55,574 nucleotides of DNA from an uncultured archaeon (GCA_902385225.1 CABMEU010000016.1:1-55574), one strand, 5' to 3'. Positions 1 to 9,356 are shown, counted from the first letter of the stretch. Notes: generated by a model from the sequence alone, not told the origin. Made by a program: numbers and translations.

Positions 1-278
1 ATTCGAAGTCCGCCGGTTAGTTTTGCTATGATTATGTTATAGATTACTGCTGCGATTATTCCGCTTATTGCTCCGCCGATTACTCCAGCAATTATTGCTG
101 CGATTAATCCTACTACTCCTAGTGCGCCGCCTGCCATTGCTACGCCTGGAATTGCAGATGCTATTCCGCCGGCAACAAGTATCATTAGACCTACGATTAT
201 TCCGTATATTAGTCCGGATACTGCCCCAACTTTCAAAGCTGACATATAGTCAACTGCTACTATTGATTGCATTGCCAT
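1..278 (-). CDS. Small Gly-rich membrane protein (DUF3566-like), 3' end runs off window
   Basis: Not in ORF track. Hand translation from ATG at 278: MAMQSIVAVDYMSALKVGAVSGLIYGIIVGLMILVAGG...IIAAVIYNIIIAKLTGGLR; GGGAG RBS upstream; YN..AK.TGG ending typical of DUF3566-like proteins. Confidence 0.65.
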   Translation of the reverse strand, partial: MAMQSIVAVDYMSALKVGAVSGLIYGIIVGLMILVAGGIASAIPGVAMAGGALGVVGLIAAIIAGVIGGAISGIIAAVIYNIIIAKLTGGLR

Positions 279-334
279 GATATCATCTCCCTTGCCAAAT
301 TTTGGCATGATGCTGTTATACTAAAAAAAAACCA

Positions 335-628
335 TTATTTAATGCTTTCTTTTAGCGCTTTAACGAGCTTTTCAGCCGCTTTCTTTGCTTTTTCTTCTTC
401 CCGCTCTCCGCGCACAAGTAGTTTTCCCGAAGGGAAGAGGGAAATTGTAACATTATTCATGCGCGCCATTAGGAGTACTTTTGAGCTCATTTCAATTGTT
501 GCAACCGTTGAAATTTCTCTTTCAGCAGTACCTAACTCCACGTGGAGTTCTTTTTTTGGTAAAAACTCGTATGCCATTTTGTTTCGGCAGGGTTTTCCTG
601 TATAATCGCTTAATTCCACATCTCTCAC
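335..628 (-). CDS. Hypothetical protein, TBP-like fold resembling the C-terminal domain of long MoeB/ThiF proteins
   Basis: C..A.E..P and ISLFPSGKLLVRG...EEKAKK pattern; 11 bp downstream of thiI. Confidence 0.55.
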   Translation of the reverse strand: MRDVELSDYTGKPCRNKMAYEFLPKKELHVELGTAEREISTVATIEMSSKVLLMARMNNVTISLFPSGKLLVRGEREEEKAKKAAEKLVKALKESIK

Positions 629-639
629 CAGTTAATTCT

Positions 640-1326
640 TTACTTGCACGCCCCAATTATTTGCTTTGGCATTTCAATTTCTTTATCAGTGCTCTCAATC
701 CGCAGTTTTCCCGCAGCTTTCTCAACAAGCCCGCTCATATTGCAGTGCGCTTCCTGTTTCTCAACATCCGCAAGAGTGCTTTTTGTTTTTGCGTTTCCGC
801 TCGCGAGCGCGTCGCACATCTCTGGTCCCTTTGATGCCTCAAAGTAGCCGTACTCTCGGCTCTTGTTAATGATTTCCTGCTTGTTCATGAATAAAACAGG
901 CCGCAGGATTTCAATTTTTGTTGCCTGATTAATATTATTTAAGTTGCTTAGTGTTTGCGAGCTCACTTGCCCCAAGCTCTCCCCTGTAATTAAAAATTTT
1001 GCCCCGCGCTGCTGGGCAATTTTCTCTGCGGTGCGCATCATAAAGCGCTTCATTAAAACAAAATAATATTCGCGGTATGAGTTCTTCGCGATTTCATTAA
1101 GCATTTCTCCCGCCTCAACCACAATCATCTCGCGAAGCCCGAGCATTTTGCAAAGTAAGAGCGATTTTAGTTCCGCGGAGTCATCAGTGAAGGGTTCCTG
1201 CGAGAAATGAACTGCAGTAAGTTCGTAGCCTTTTTCAAGCGCAAGCTTTCCGGATACAGGCGAATCAATTCCGCCTGAGATTAGAAGCAATGCTTTCGGA
1301 TTTTGGGTTTGCGCAGGGGTTTTCAT
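640..1326 (-). CDS. thiI: tRNA 4-thiouridine synthase ThiI, catalytic PP-loop domain only
   Basis: SGGIDSPV PP-loop, TGESLGQVSSQTL.NL and RP motifs; 228 aa with no THUMP domain. Confidence 0.85.
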   Translation of the reverse strand: MKTPAQTQNPKALLLISGGIDSPVSGKLALEKGYELTAVHFSQEPFTDDSAELKSLLLCKMLGLREMIVVEAGEMLNEIAKNSYREYYFVLMKRFMMRTAEKIAQQRGAKFLITGESLGQVSSQTLSNLNNINQATKIEILRPVLFMNKQEIINKSREYGYFEASKGPEMCDALASGNAKTKSTLADVEKQEAHCNMSGLVEKAAGKLRIESTDKEIEMPKQIIGACK

Positions 1327-1410
1327 AATTAAGTATTACTTGGAAAAGTTAATTAATTATGGGTTGAGAGTATTCCTTTGAATGTGCTTCTTTATTGCGG
1401 GCTCTTGAGT

Positions 1411-2004
1411 TTATACAAGGGGTATGAATAGGAGTTTTCCTTCTTTCACTCCCGCAAATATTAGTTTCTCAGCTCTTCGGTTTGTCAACTGCAGGATTTG
1501 GCTGCTGTAAATTGTTATTATTTCATGCGTACCTTCGGGGGTTTTGCCTAACCTCTTTGCGGCGAGATTAATTACGCTGTTTACTTTTGCACTGCTTTTG
1601 CTTGCTAGTACCTCCGCCAGTGTTGGGAATTTACTTACCTGCATGAATAGCACATGTTCTCCTGCCGCATAAAGCATTGGTGCCTGAAAAGTGTATTTTG
1701 CTTCCTTGCTAGCCGCATTATATTCTGCGACTGCCTGTTTTACTTGGGATATTACTTCCGCGGCGCTTTCATTTCTTGCGAGTTTTATCGCCACTTGTCT
1801 CCTGTGCGGGTTAATGTGCTGAACACTGAGTTTTCTTATTCCTCTCCCTTCTTCAACCGCAGTCCCTTTCGCCAAGTCTCCTTTGCGGCGGATTAGTCTT
1901 GGGAGTCTTTCAATTGCTTTTTGTGCCTCAGGTTTACCCATCGCTCCAAACTGGCCTCTTATGTGTGCAACTACCTTATTAGTTAGCATTCCTCGCGGCA
2001 TCAA
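1411..2004 (-). CDS. Basic hypothetical protein, possible degenerate kinase-like fragment
   Basis: 197 aa K/R-rich ORF; APMLY...VLFMQVSKFPTLAEVL resembles a kinase hinge region. Confidence 0.55.
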   Translation of the reverse strand: MMPRGMLTNKVVAHIRGQFGAMGKPEAQKAIERLPRLIRRKGDLAKGTAVEEGRGIRKLSVQHINPHRRQVAIKLARNESAAEVISQVKQAVAEYNAASKEAKYTFQAPMLYAAGEHVLFMQVSKFPTLAEVLASKSSAKVNSVINLAAKRLGKTPEGTHEIITIYSSQILQLTNRRAEKLIFAGVKEGKLLFIPLV

Positions 2005-2091
2005 ATATTATTGTTTTAGGAAGTATTTATTGGTTGGTTTGGGGGATTAAAAAAACTAGAAAAAGAATCAGAAAAGGATAAGCAACTTTGC

Positions 2092-2493
2092 TTACCTTTT
2101 TCTTACAATTTTAACTGCGTTGCCGTATTTCTGGTACTCAATCGCGTCCCCGCTCTTTAATGCAGGTATTCCGCTTTCAGCGTCAGGCTTTGGCGCGTCA
2201 AATGTTTCGTAGGAATTAACATCCATTATCTGGATTACTTCTCCAACTATAGCAACAACTGTCGCGTCGGCTTTTGGAACGATTGGGATTTCTACTTCCC
2301 CGTCTGTTCCCTTCAGTAATCCTCTCTTTTGTCCTGTGAAAATATTAAATGCGGTTACTCTTACTTTTGCCGCTCCGTGTTTTCCCGGCTTTGATTTTTC
2401 AACTGATTTTACCTGGCATACTTCCCCGTCAATGAGTACTAAGTGCCCTGGTTTTAGCGATCCTGCCTGCTCAAACTTCTTTTCGTCAACCAT
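2092..2493 (-). CDS. eif5a: Translation factor aIF-5A
   Basis: SKPGKHGAAK hypusine loop; GGGTGA RBS before ATG at 2493. Confidence 0.95.
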   Translation of the reverse strand: MVDEKKFEQAGSLKPGHLVLIDGEVCQVKSVEKSKPGKHGAAKVRVTAFNIFTGQKRGLLKGTDGEVEIPIVPKADATVVAIVGEVIQIMDVNSYETFDAPKPDAESGIPALKSGDAIEYQKYGNAVKIVRKR

Positions 2494-2633
2494 TTTGTTC
2501 ACCCTTCAAGTATAACTGTTAAACAAGTTAGCAAAGTTGGGTTTAAAAATCATGGGGTGGGGGTGGCTTTGTAGATTAATGCTTTTGGCGTTGGGTCTGT
2601 AGATTAATATACTATTAATTTCTATGTTTAATC

Positions 2634-2810
2634 TTAGCTTCTAAGTAGTTTAAATATTATGCCAACAAAGGCTACAATATCAACTAATGAGAGAATTATC
2701 TTAGTTGTCAAATTAAGGTTTGAACCAGTTACTATTGCCGCACCAATAACTGAATCAATTAATGCTACAATTATGCCCTTAACTAATTTAATAAAATCAG
2801 TCATAACCAT
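2634..2810 (-). CDS. Small two-TM membrane protein at end of defence-like operon
   Basis: MVMTDFIKLVKGIIVALIDSVIGAAIV...; two hydrophobic segments; starts 13 bp after the ATPase stop. Confidence 0.5.
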   Translation of the reverse strand: MVMTDFIKLVKGIIVALIDSVIGAAIVTGSNLNLTTKIILSLVDIVAFVGIIFKLLRS

Positions 2811-2823
2811 ATTTTCCCTAATA

Positions 2824-4947
2824 TCATTTTTCTCCCTTTTTAGGCAGAACTTCAGGAGTCCCAAGTTTAGCTTCAAACAAAGGAGTCTTTTTTAATGTCC
2901 TTCTTACCCCAAGGAAATCTGCGAATTTTGACTTAGTTTTACGCATTAAGTCATGCCAGCTTTGCTTGTCCAGTCGTCCATCTGCTTGGAGTTTTTTGAA
3001 TGCTTTTGAGTTTGAAGATGAGAGTTTCAAATCATCAGCAACAAGAATTATTTGATATTCCTCAGGAAAGTCTCTCAAAAATGTTTTGTGTTTTTCGAAG
3101 AATTCAGAAAAAACATCATCATACGCGTTTAGGCGATCCCAATCTTCATCCGCGAAGGTATGGCGTGGCGGTTTTATTTCCACTATTTTTATTGAACTGT
3201 CAGCATTAATTAAAACAAAGTCGGGTCGTCTATTTGCATATTCTCCAATGGTGCTGGTTGATATTTCCATTTTCTTCTCTTTTTTGTACCAACCCTCAAA
3301 CGCCTCGCGGAATGTTTCTAACTGTTGATTTGCAGTTAATACTTCCCAACTTGCATCTATAATCCATGGAGCCCGTTCCAATATCTTTTGCAAGAATGGT
3401 TCATCTGTGTCATCTGAGTTTATTGCACCTTCAAAAGTATCTAATACACGCAACTTTTCTTCGACAACCTGCCCATATGATGCAAGTTCAGCTATATGTG
3501 CTGTTCTAAATACATTAAACAATTCTGCGGCATCAATTTTTCCATTTTTAGCTAATTCTTCGATTTTTTTAAAGGTATCAACCAGAAGTTTATGGGGTGC
3601 AACTGACATAATTATTTCAGAAAGATCCTTAACATATTCTTCATCAGCCAAGTCGTCTTCAGATGCAAAACTCCCTATTTTTTCTCCAAGTTCTTTAACT
3701 GCATCTTGAAGCTCTGGATCAGCATATCTTTTTTTTGATTCAGCCACTAAATCTGATGCTTTCAGGAATTCCTCTTTTACTTTTAACCTTCGTGGCATTC
3801 TCCCCTTTTTTGCAACTTCTTTTATTATATTTTGACCCCAAGTAGTAAATGCACGTCCTAACTCAGAACTCCAAAGTATGTCTTGCCGATCAGTTTGTAT
3901 TAAATCTTCTTTATCATCCAGCCAATCTGCATATAATTCACCAACTAAATATGAACGTGCTACAAATTCTCCAGTAAATCCTGCTGGCAGTCCAAAGTCT
4001 CGAGTAATAGCCGCAAGTTTACCACGCGCATAAATTCTTATGCCTGCAAATTCAGGATTGTTATATTTTTCTTTTGCAAGACCTACCCACCCAGTAACTG
4101 GCAAACGATCTTTAATTTCGCCCTCTTTGTGATCTTCCATTGAATCAAATTCAACAATAACAGGTCTTTCATTAACAACTATTTTTGTCCCTGCCATAAC
4201 GGGTATGTCTTGACAAGAAACTACAAAAGAATCTTCTGGTTCTTCTTTTGTGTCCTCAACTTTTATTTCAAAATCTTTGGCGCACAGCCCAAATCGCGAG
4301 CTTAATTGACGCGCAAATGTTTCTCTATCGGGCACAATCTTCGGCAAGAAATTCCTAAGCCTAATTATTGTTCCAGGCAGAGAATCCCATTTTTTATTGT
4401 CACTTAATGGATTTGGATGGTATTCATCATTTCGCTCAGATGTTTTTCCAACGATTGAATCGTAGTCAAGTTCAAAGTGACACACTTCATAACCTTTTGA
4501 CTTTTTGTTTCCACCAGCAGAGCGTACTTCAATAGTTTTACAAACTCCAAATGGCGCAAGTTTTCCTATCCCTTTTCTTCCTGTGACAAGTCTTTTTTTA
4601 GTTCTTGACTTTTCACCCAAATTCTTTATTTCTCTTCTGTCAAGCCCAACTCTTAAATAAAATTCATTTGCCTCCTCAGGTGTCATTCCATGCCCATCAT
4701 CAATAACCTCTATGTCAAACCCTCTTTGTTCAACTTGCCCATTTCTTTTTTTTGTTGCAAGCGCTTTTCCAAATGGAACCTTTACAATAATGTGCTCTGC
4801 ATCAGCATCATAAGAATTAGATATTAATTCAGCAACAACAGCCGATATTTTATCATAAAGCTTTAAACCCAGTTTATCTACTATTTTTCGCTCGATGTGC
4901 ATAGTATATTCGTCGCTTATTGGAATTTTTTTATTAGCTTCTGTCAT
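2824..4947 (-). CDS. GHKL (MORC/MutL-like) ATPase fused to C-terminal PD-(D/E)xK nuclease
   Basis: ELISNSYDADA, DDGHGM, GRKGIGK, GTII GHKL boxes; RPDFV...IVEIK nuclease motif; start MTEANKK at 4947. Confidence 0.85.
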   Translation of the reverse strand: MTEANKKIPISDEYTMHIERKIVDKLGLKLYDKISAVVAELISNSYDADAEHIIVKVPFGKALATKKRNGQVEQRGFDIEVIDDGHGMTPEEANEFYLRVGLDRREIKNLGEKSRTKKRLVTGRKGIGKLAPFGVCKTIEVRSAGGNKKSKGYEVCHFELDYDSIVGKTSERNDEYHPNPLSDNKKWDSLPGTIIRLRNFLPKIVPDRETFARQLSSRFGLCAKDFEIKVEDTKEEPEDSFVVSCQDIPVMAGTKIVVNERPVIVEFDSMEDHKEGEIKDRLPVTGWVGLAKEKYNNPEFAGIRIYARGKLAAITRDFGLPAGFTGEFVARSYLVGELYADWLDDKEDLIQTDRQDILWSSELGRAFTTWGQNIIKEVAKKGRMPRRLKVKEEFLKASDLVAESKKRYADPELQDAVKELGEKIGSFASEDDLADEEYVKDLSEIIMSVAPHKLLVDTFKKIEELAKNGKIDAAELFNVFRTAHIAELASYGQVVEEKLRVLDTFEGAINSDDTDEPFLQKILERAPWIIDASWEVLTANQQLETFREAFEGWYKKEKKMEISTSTIGEYANRRPDFVLINADSSIKIVEIKPPRHTFADEDWDRLNAYDDVFSEFFEKHKTFLRDFPEEYQIILVADDLKLSSSNSKAFKKLQADGRLDKQSWHDLMRKTKSKFADFLGVRRTLKKTPLFEAKLGTPEVLPKKGEK

Positions 4948-4970
4948 AGAAGGATACTTAAATAAAAAGC

Positions 4971-6068
4971 TTAAAATACTGACGAATATGCTTGAATGCA
5001 AGCTTTTGCAACAAGTTTTGCAAATTTGGGGGGCAATGCATTTCCAACCATGGTGCAAGCAGGTTCCATGAATTCAGTATTGATTTTGTACGATTTAGGA
5101 AAGGTTTGAATCAAAGCTGCTTCTCTTACAGAAATAGTTCGTAACTCTTCAGGGTGCCCAAATCGCCCCTTTGAAAGTGTTGTACATCCTCCAGTCATAG
5201 TGGGGGGGGTTTCATCCCAAGCAAGCCGTCCATAAACATTTTGAAATCCTTTGTTTCCTTTCATATGACAAACTGGACGAAGTTTGGTTGGTATCGCAGT
5301 TCTATTCGCTCCTTCGCTTAATGCTTTGAGTCTTTTTATGTTTGCGGGACTCATGTCACGCACTACATTCCATTTAAGTTTTTTTGCCCCCCCATTTTTA
5401 ACTGCTTCGGAGAGAGTCACAACTTTTTTCGAATTGCAATTCTTTAAAGCATCTTTAAGTGTTGCCCACTTTTTTAATTTAAGTTTTGAATTGCCCTTTC
5501 TTGAATGTGTTTGTTTAGGCAATTCTACTTTAAACCCCTTTCCTGCAAGGAGCACTAAACGCTTTCGTGACTGTGGAATCCCATAATCAGCAAGCTGCAA
5601 AACAGCTTTGTTTATTACATACCCCATTTTTTCTAAACGCAAAGTAAATTCATCAAAAATGATGTGTCCTTTTGCTGCAAGCCCAGGAACATTTTCAAGC
5701 ATTACCATTGTTGGATCAATCTCCTCTATGAGGCGTATCATCTCCAACGCCAATGTATTTCGAGGATCTTCTTTTTTATATTTTTCAGTCAACTTGCAAA
5801 AACCCTGACACGGGGGGCACCCTGCAATTAAATCAATCTTTTGTATACCTATCTTTTCAAAAATCTTTTCGGCTGTTAATTTTCTGATGTCCTCGACAAA
5901 AAGTTCAACTTCAGAATTATTAGCGCGATATGTTTCTGCAGAAGGATTATCAACTTCAACTGCAGCTAAAACCTTAAATCCTGCTTTTTTTAATCCAAAA
6001 GTCAGACCCCCCATTCCAGAAAATAAATCTATTGCCGTAAGTTCTCTATTTTGCATTTTATTCACCAT
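4971..6068 (-). CDS. dcm: DNA (cytosine-5)-methyltransferase
   Basis: DLFSGMGG, GCPPCQGF, ENV, QSRKRL, REAALIQTFP and GNALPP motifs. Confidence 0.95.
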   Translation of the reverse strand: MVNKMQNRELTAIDLFSGMGGLTFGLKKAGFKVLAAVEVDNPSAETYRANNSEVELFVEDIRKLTAEKIFEKIGIQKIDLIAGCPPCQGFCKLTEKYKKEDPRNTLALEMIRLIEEIDPTMVMLENVPGLAAKGHIIFDEFTLRLEKMGYVINKAVLQLADYGIPQSRKRLVLLAGKGFKVELPKQTHSRKGNSKLKLKKWATLKDALKNCNSKKVVTLSEAVKNGGAKKLKWNVVRDMSPANIKRLKALSEGANRTAIPTKLRPVCHMKGNKGFQNVYGRLAWDETPPTMTGGCTTLSKGRFGHPEELRTISVREAALIQTFPKSYKINTEFMEPACTMVGNALPPKFAKLVAKACIQAYSSVF

Positions 6069-6083
6069 TATTAATAAAACTTT

Positions 6084-6251
6084 TTACAATACACTTTTTA
6101 TTTTCTTTACCTGATTTTCTTCTTTTTCAAGAAGGTCAAGAACTGCAATATCAACAAATTGTCGAGCGCTTCGGTATCTTATTTTCTCTTTCTTAATGAC
6201 ACTCCTAACTCTTGTTAACAATTCTTCATTGATTTTTACTGTCTCAGCCAT
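6084..6251 (-). CDS. Ribbon-helix-helix transcriptional regulator (55 aa)
   Basis: Not in ORF track. Hand translation MAETVKINEELLTRVRSVIKKEKIRYRSARQFVDIAVLDLLEKEENQVKKIKSVL; beta-alpha-alpha RHH pattern; ends 15 bp before the dcm start. Confidence 0.75.
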   Translation of the reverse strand: MAETVKINEELLTRVRSVIKKEKIRYRSARQFVDIAVLDLLEKEENQVKKIKSVL

Positions 6252-6260
6252 TTAACCACG

Positions 6261-6295
6261 GTTACCAATAGTAACTTATAGTTACTATTAGTGAC
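6261..6295. promoter_or_regulatory. Putative operator: four GTNAC sites at 10-bp spacing including a 10-bp-arm inverted repeat
   Basis: GTTAC 6261, GTAAC 6271, GTTAC 6281, GTGAC 6291; AATAGTAACT-tat-AGTTACTATT at 6267-6289. Confidence 0.6.
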
Positions 6296-6497
6296 TTAAA
6301 GAATATAAAACTATTGTTAGAATAAAAGACAAAAATACCTTTCGTTTTATTTTTTTATTTGTTCGTCTATTTTTTTTTGTACAAACTTGGATAGGCTGAG
6401 TGTGGTTTGTTCGATGTATTCTGCTTGGTCTGCGCGGATGGTTGTTGTTTTTGGCACGTATTCTGGGGGTTTTTTTATTATTAAACACCAAATTTTT

Positions 6498-7421
6498 CTA
6501 CCATTCCAGCTTTTTCCCGTCAATTAGCACTGTTGGTTTCATTAGGATTAGGTCGTTGTGCACTGGGCTTTTGTTTTGTCCGCCAAATCCGGTGTTGTTT
6601 CCAAATGCGATGTGAATTGTTCCGTAAATTTTCTCATCGTGGAGTATATTTCCAATCGGGCTTTTGTGTGCCTTGTTCGTTCCTATCCCAAATTCAGCAA
6701 TCACAAATCCGTTTTCAACTGATTGGAGCGAAACATATGGTTTTGCGGCTTCATTCCATTCCGAGATTTTTCCGTTCTCAATTTTTATCCACGCTTTGTC
6801 GCTTGGTTTAATTAAATCCTTAAAATAGTCAATGAAGATTTCTCCTTCCGCGGTTTCCTCAATTGGGGCGCAGAAGATTTCGCCGTAGGGATAATTTCTT
6901 ACATACCCTTTTGTTTTAGGTGCAAGTCCAATGAGCGGTCTTTTCTTTATTGAAAAAGAAATATTTGTTCCGTGCGGGGTGGTAATTTCCACTTTGCTTT
7001 TTCCTTTCAGCTGGGAAATAATTTTTCGTCCAATCTTTTCAATCTCTTTTGAGTTTGCCTCATTAATTTTCAAAAATATCTCTTCAGTTATTGCGGGGAG
7101 GCTTATTACTCTCGCTCCCTTCTCCACAGCTCGTTTAGTCTCAGGCGCCCATGTAATACTTTTTTTTGTTGGAGCGATAATGATTTTTGCTTTCATCATT
7201 TCCTCAAACGCTTCAGGGATTGGCGCGCTGTTGCTTCTTTCTTCATTAACCATTACCTCTTTGAAAACAACTCCTCTTTTTGCAAGAGTTTCCTTAATCG
7301 CCAAGTAAACAGGATTCGGCTCGTAATCATTAATCAGGAGAACTTTTGAGGTTTTTCTTATTCCAAGTTCGCTAAAAAGCATTTTCTCTGCTGTGAGAAT
7401 TAATTTGTTATCCATGCTCAT
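6498..7421 (-). CDS. Aminopeptidase (peptidase M29/aminopeptidase T-like)
   Basis: NYPYGEIF, IAEFGIGTN, DEKIYGTIHIAFG and H.D motifs. Confidence 0.85.
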   Translation of the reverse strand: MSMDNKLILTAEKMLFSELGIRKTSKVLLINDYEPNPVYLAIKETLAKRGVVFKEVMVNEERSNSAPIPEAFEEMMKAKIIIAPTKKSITWAPETKRAVEKGARVISLPAITEEIFLKINEANSKEIEKIGRKIISQLKGKSKVEITTPHGTNISFSIKKRPLIGLAPKTKGYVRNYPYGEIFCAPIEETAEGEIFIDYFKDLIKPSDKAWIKIENGKISEWNEAAKPYVSLQSVENGFVIAEFGIGTNKAHKSPIGNILHDEKIYGTIHIAFGNNTGFGGQNKSPVHNDLILMKPTVLIDGKKLEW

Positions 7422-7456
7422 CAGTTGCAAAAATTATTTAATCTTTTCCACAATAT

Positions 7457-7903
7457 TTAGGGCTCAATATAAAACGCCTGTCTTTTGTATGCTTCAAGTA
7501 CTTTTGCGCTTGGAGGGAAGATATTTTGCGGGATTGCGTTAAGCGGGAACCACATCCATTCGGTTATTTCATCAGGCTCCATTATGTGCACTTCTCCTTT
7601 GTACTCCTTCGCCAAGAATCCAATTGTCACAAAGTGCGCGAATTCGTTCATATCGTTTTGCACGCATAGTACGCGCATTTTTTTTAATATTAGTCCAGTT
7701 TCTTCCTCAAGTTCTCGCGCGGCCCCTTCCTCAAAGCTTTCCCCATATTCAAGTTTTCCGCCGGGCATTGTCCAGGTCCCTTCTCCGTGAAGTTCAGAAT
7801 CAGCTTTTTTCGCGTCCTCATTTCGTTTCCCAAGGAGCACCTTTCCCCCGCGGACAACCATTATTCCAAATCCCACTCCAACGCGTTTCTTTTCTTCTGC
7901 CAT
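7457..7903 (-). CDS. NUDIX hydrolase (NUDT15/MutT-like)
   Basis: PGGKLEYGESFEEGAARELEEETG Nudix box. Confidence 0.9.
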   Translation of the reverse strand: MAEEKKRVGVGFGIMVVRGGKVLLGKRNEDAKKADSELHGEGTWTMPGGKLEYGESFEEGAARELEEETGLILKKMRVLCVQNDMNEFAHFVTIGFLAKEYKGEVHIMEPDEITEWMWFPLNAIPQNIFPPSAKVLEAYKRQAFYIEP

Positions 7904-7938
7904 AAAATTCACTTAGAAAAATAATTTTCAATCAAAAT

Positions 7939-8661
7939 TTAAACCAACCCTTTGAGGTATTTTTTTCTTTTAGCCTCGGGAAATTTCTCGATGGCATATC
8001 TCAGCATCGTGCGCGGCATTTGTTTGTAATGTTTTTTTAGGAAATCTTCAAGCACGCCTAGGTCCCGCTTCCCTATTTCGCGCAGCATCCACCCGACCGC
8101 TTTGTGCATTAAATCGTGTCCGTCTTTTTGCAGCAGCTCCGCGACCATAAGCGGTTCAGAGAATTCTTTTCTGTAAATGAAATGATAACACGAAACCATT
8201 GCGATTCGCTTGTCCCAAAGAAGTTCTGAAGTTGCAAGTTTTTTGAGTAATTTTCTTTCCTTTGGGTGGGAAAATAAATATGCTCCGGCAATTTCGTGGG
8301 AGGATAGGTCAACCAAATCCCAATTGTTAATGTATTTTGTATTCGCCAAATAGAAATCAAATATTTCTTTTTGTTCTTCTGGCGTAATTTCCTTGGATTC
8401 AAATTTTTGAATTAAAATAAGTAACGCGCATAATCTTTCTTCATGTATTTTTGAGTGCAATAGTTCCTCTGCTTCTTTAAGTGTAACCTCTCTTCCAAAT
8501 TTCTTCGCAATTCCTCGGGTAACCGGGACTTTTATCCCGTAAAAAATATCTCCCTCCGCGTACTCCCCTTTTCCTGTTTTAAAAAAGCGCTGAAGGTTTT
8601 GTGCCTGTTTTGGGTCAGCGAGGAGTTTGAGTTCGTTTTGGATTTTTGTAAGCGTGCTCAT
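7939..8661 (-). CDS. alkD: DNA alkylation repair protein AlkD family
   Basis: FFKTGKGEY, NNWDLVD, KAVGWMLRE and RYAIE motifs. Confidence 0.88.
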   Translation of the reverse strand: MSTLTKIQNELKLLADPKQAQNLQRFFKTGKGEYAEGDIFYGIKVPVTRGIAKKFGREVTLKEAEELLHSKIHEERLCALLILIQKFESKEITPEEQKEIFDFYLANTKYINNWDLVDLSSHEIAGAYLFSHPKERKLLKKLATSELLWDKRIAMVSCYHFIYRKEFSEPLMVAELLQKDGHDLMHKAVGWMLREIGKRDLGVLEDFLKKHYKQMPRTMLRYAIEKFPEAKRKKYLKGLV

Positions 8662-8740
8662 GCGCATTTATGGGGGTTGCAAAAGTATTTTATTCACTTA
8701 TTTGCTTATTATCTCAAGTAGTTTTGGTTTTGGTGGTTAT

Positions 8741-9190
8741 TTGAATTTCCCAGTGGGCACGGTTGTTTCTAAGGGCGAAACCCCGTATGATTTTGTCTCA
8801 AAAGCGCAGGAGCTTGCCGAGAAGTCCTTTAATGGGTATATTGTTCAGGCCGTTTGCGGGCATTTAGTGGAGGAAGGAGTTATTTTCTTTCGGGAAGGCG
8901 AAATGATTGGGTGTGTTGTTGAGTGCCTTGCTGCTGACAAGACCCTTAAGGGCAACGAAGCCAGGGAATATTTCTTTAATGAGGTTAAAGGAATGGGTTT
9001 TTACCACTGTATTGAGCTAACAAGGAGCCAAGTAGACCTCGTAATGGCGTTTGACGAAAAGATTTTAGGGGATAAAATAAATTTAAAAGAGCTTGCAAAG
9101 CTTATTCCGAGTGCCTTTACGCCTAAGTTCGAGAGGACTAGTGCGCAAAAAAGTGCGCTGGAAGTGTATGGCCTCGGTGACCTAAAATAG
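8741..9190 (+). CDS. DUF2226 family protein
   Basis: FNGYI...EEGVIFF.EG pattern; likely TTG start at 8741 after GGTGGT RBS; upstream of roadblock-minD. Confidence 0.65.
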   Translation: MNFPVGTVVSKGETPYDFVSKAQELAEKSFNGYIVQAVCGHLVEEGVIFFREGEMIGCVVECLAADKTLKGNEAREYFFNEVKGMGFYHCIELTRSQVDLVMAFDEKILGDKINLKELAKLIPSAFTPKFERTSAQKSALEVYGLGDLK

Positions 9191-9264
9191 GGTGAGATTT
9201 TAGGAGTAATTGAGAAATAAAGTAAGAATTAGTTTAGGTGGAACGTTTAGGGTTTGTTTTTTTA

Positions 9265-9334
9265 TATCAAAGGACAAGGAAAAGGAATTTTTGTCCTTTG
9301 ATAGCTATCAAAAGACATCAAATGTCTTTTGATA
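9265..9334. repeat. Four alternating-orientation copies of TATCAAARGACA(A/T)
   Basis: TATCAAAGGACAA 9265-9277, TTGTCCTTTGATA 9291-9303, TATCAAAAGACAT 9306-9318, ATGTCTTTTGATA 9322-9334. Confidence 0.85.
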
Positions 9335-9356
9335 TTAGTTCAAAAAGGTTTTTTCT

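Noticed and set aside
68-280. Leu/Arg-rich plus-strand ORF
   Set aside because: Antisense shadow of the Gly/Ile-rich membrane protein gene on the minus strand
2570-2608. 11-bp direct repeat TGTAGATTAAT at the left edge of the defence island as an att site
   Set aside because: Both copies are on the same side and no match was seen at the right boundary
4948-5058. N-terminal extension of the GHKL ATPase ORF
   Set aside because: Overlaps the dcm 3' end; ATG at 4947 is the more plausible start
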